Assembly: GCA_020847095.1 (NCBI GenBank)
Contig: JADLCR010000088.1
Location: 46,871-110,870, forward strand
Direction: 5' to 3'
DNA: 64,000 nt
DNA from: Oligoflexia bacterium
Lineage (GTDB): Bacteria; Bdellovibrionota; Bdellovibrionia; JABDDW01
The notes beneath the pieces were generated by a model. It had not been told where the DNA came from. It did not search any database and saw nothing but the letters and a program-made list of their open reading frames with translations. Numbering within the stretch: position 1 is the stretch's first letter; every line of letters starts with the position of its first letter. Of this stretch, positions 63,957 to 64,000 are shown in pieces. Position numbers and translations under genes: made by a program.

Positions 63957-64000
63957 TTCAACAACGACAGGTTTAAAGTCACAAATCGTGGGCCTGCGAG

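Overview
This 64-kb window looks like a chromosomal segment from a Bdellovibrio-like predatory bacterium. That assignment is an inference from gene content (queA-tgt-yajC-secD-secF, several secreted S8 subtilases, an M23 peptidase, a TIGR02147/DUF4423-type regulator, HD-GYP) and is low confidence. There is no CRISPR array, rRNA, transposase or integrase in the window.

Most of the window is housekeeping on the minus strand:
- rqcH/fbpA (partial, at the window start), queC with two uncharacterized co-transcribed genes, recJ, secF, secD, yajC, tgt, queA, a SpoIID/LytB-domain protein and a family-4 uracil-DNA glycosylase.
- uvrC, uvrB, cysS, gltX, ispF, ispD, carD/cdnL, recG, glpX and pgsA.
- On the plus strand, an Rrf2 regulator followed by sufBCDS-sufU-sufT.

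There is one tRNA-Gly(GCC) at 38888..38964. A 24-bp copy of its 3' end lies about 200 bp downstream at 39162..39185 and looks like an att-site remnant. The roughly 9 kb after it reads as accessory: secreted hypotheticals, an S8 protease, a methyltransferase, a HiPIP and a truncated HiPIP-like paralog.

The most unusual feature is a tight co-directional five-gene module at 42447..46693 (minus strand), directly upstream of the S8 protease:
- a papain-like C1 cysteine peptidase with no signal peptide;
- a protein with an SLT lytic-transglycosylase domain fused to an unknown C-terminal domain;
- three unknown proteins, two of which share a Met-Gly, poly-basic N-terminus and an RFGDP motif.

I propose this as a candidate, apparently undescribed, envelope-attacking effector or lysis module. 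I cannot confirm it without searches.

At the window end there is an archaeal-type topoisomerase VI pair. top6A is complete. Only the C-terminal transducer part of top6B is present, it carries a Lys/Ala-rich tail, and there is an apparent frame break at its 5' edge.

Other items are a candidate RBS-sequestering leader upstream of the queC operon, a candidate Rrf2 operator upstream of suf, and a near-consensus sigma70 promoter with a palindromic operator in an AT-rich divergent region. All protein calls rest on motifs I recognised by eye in the translations. No database search was run.
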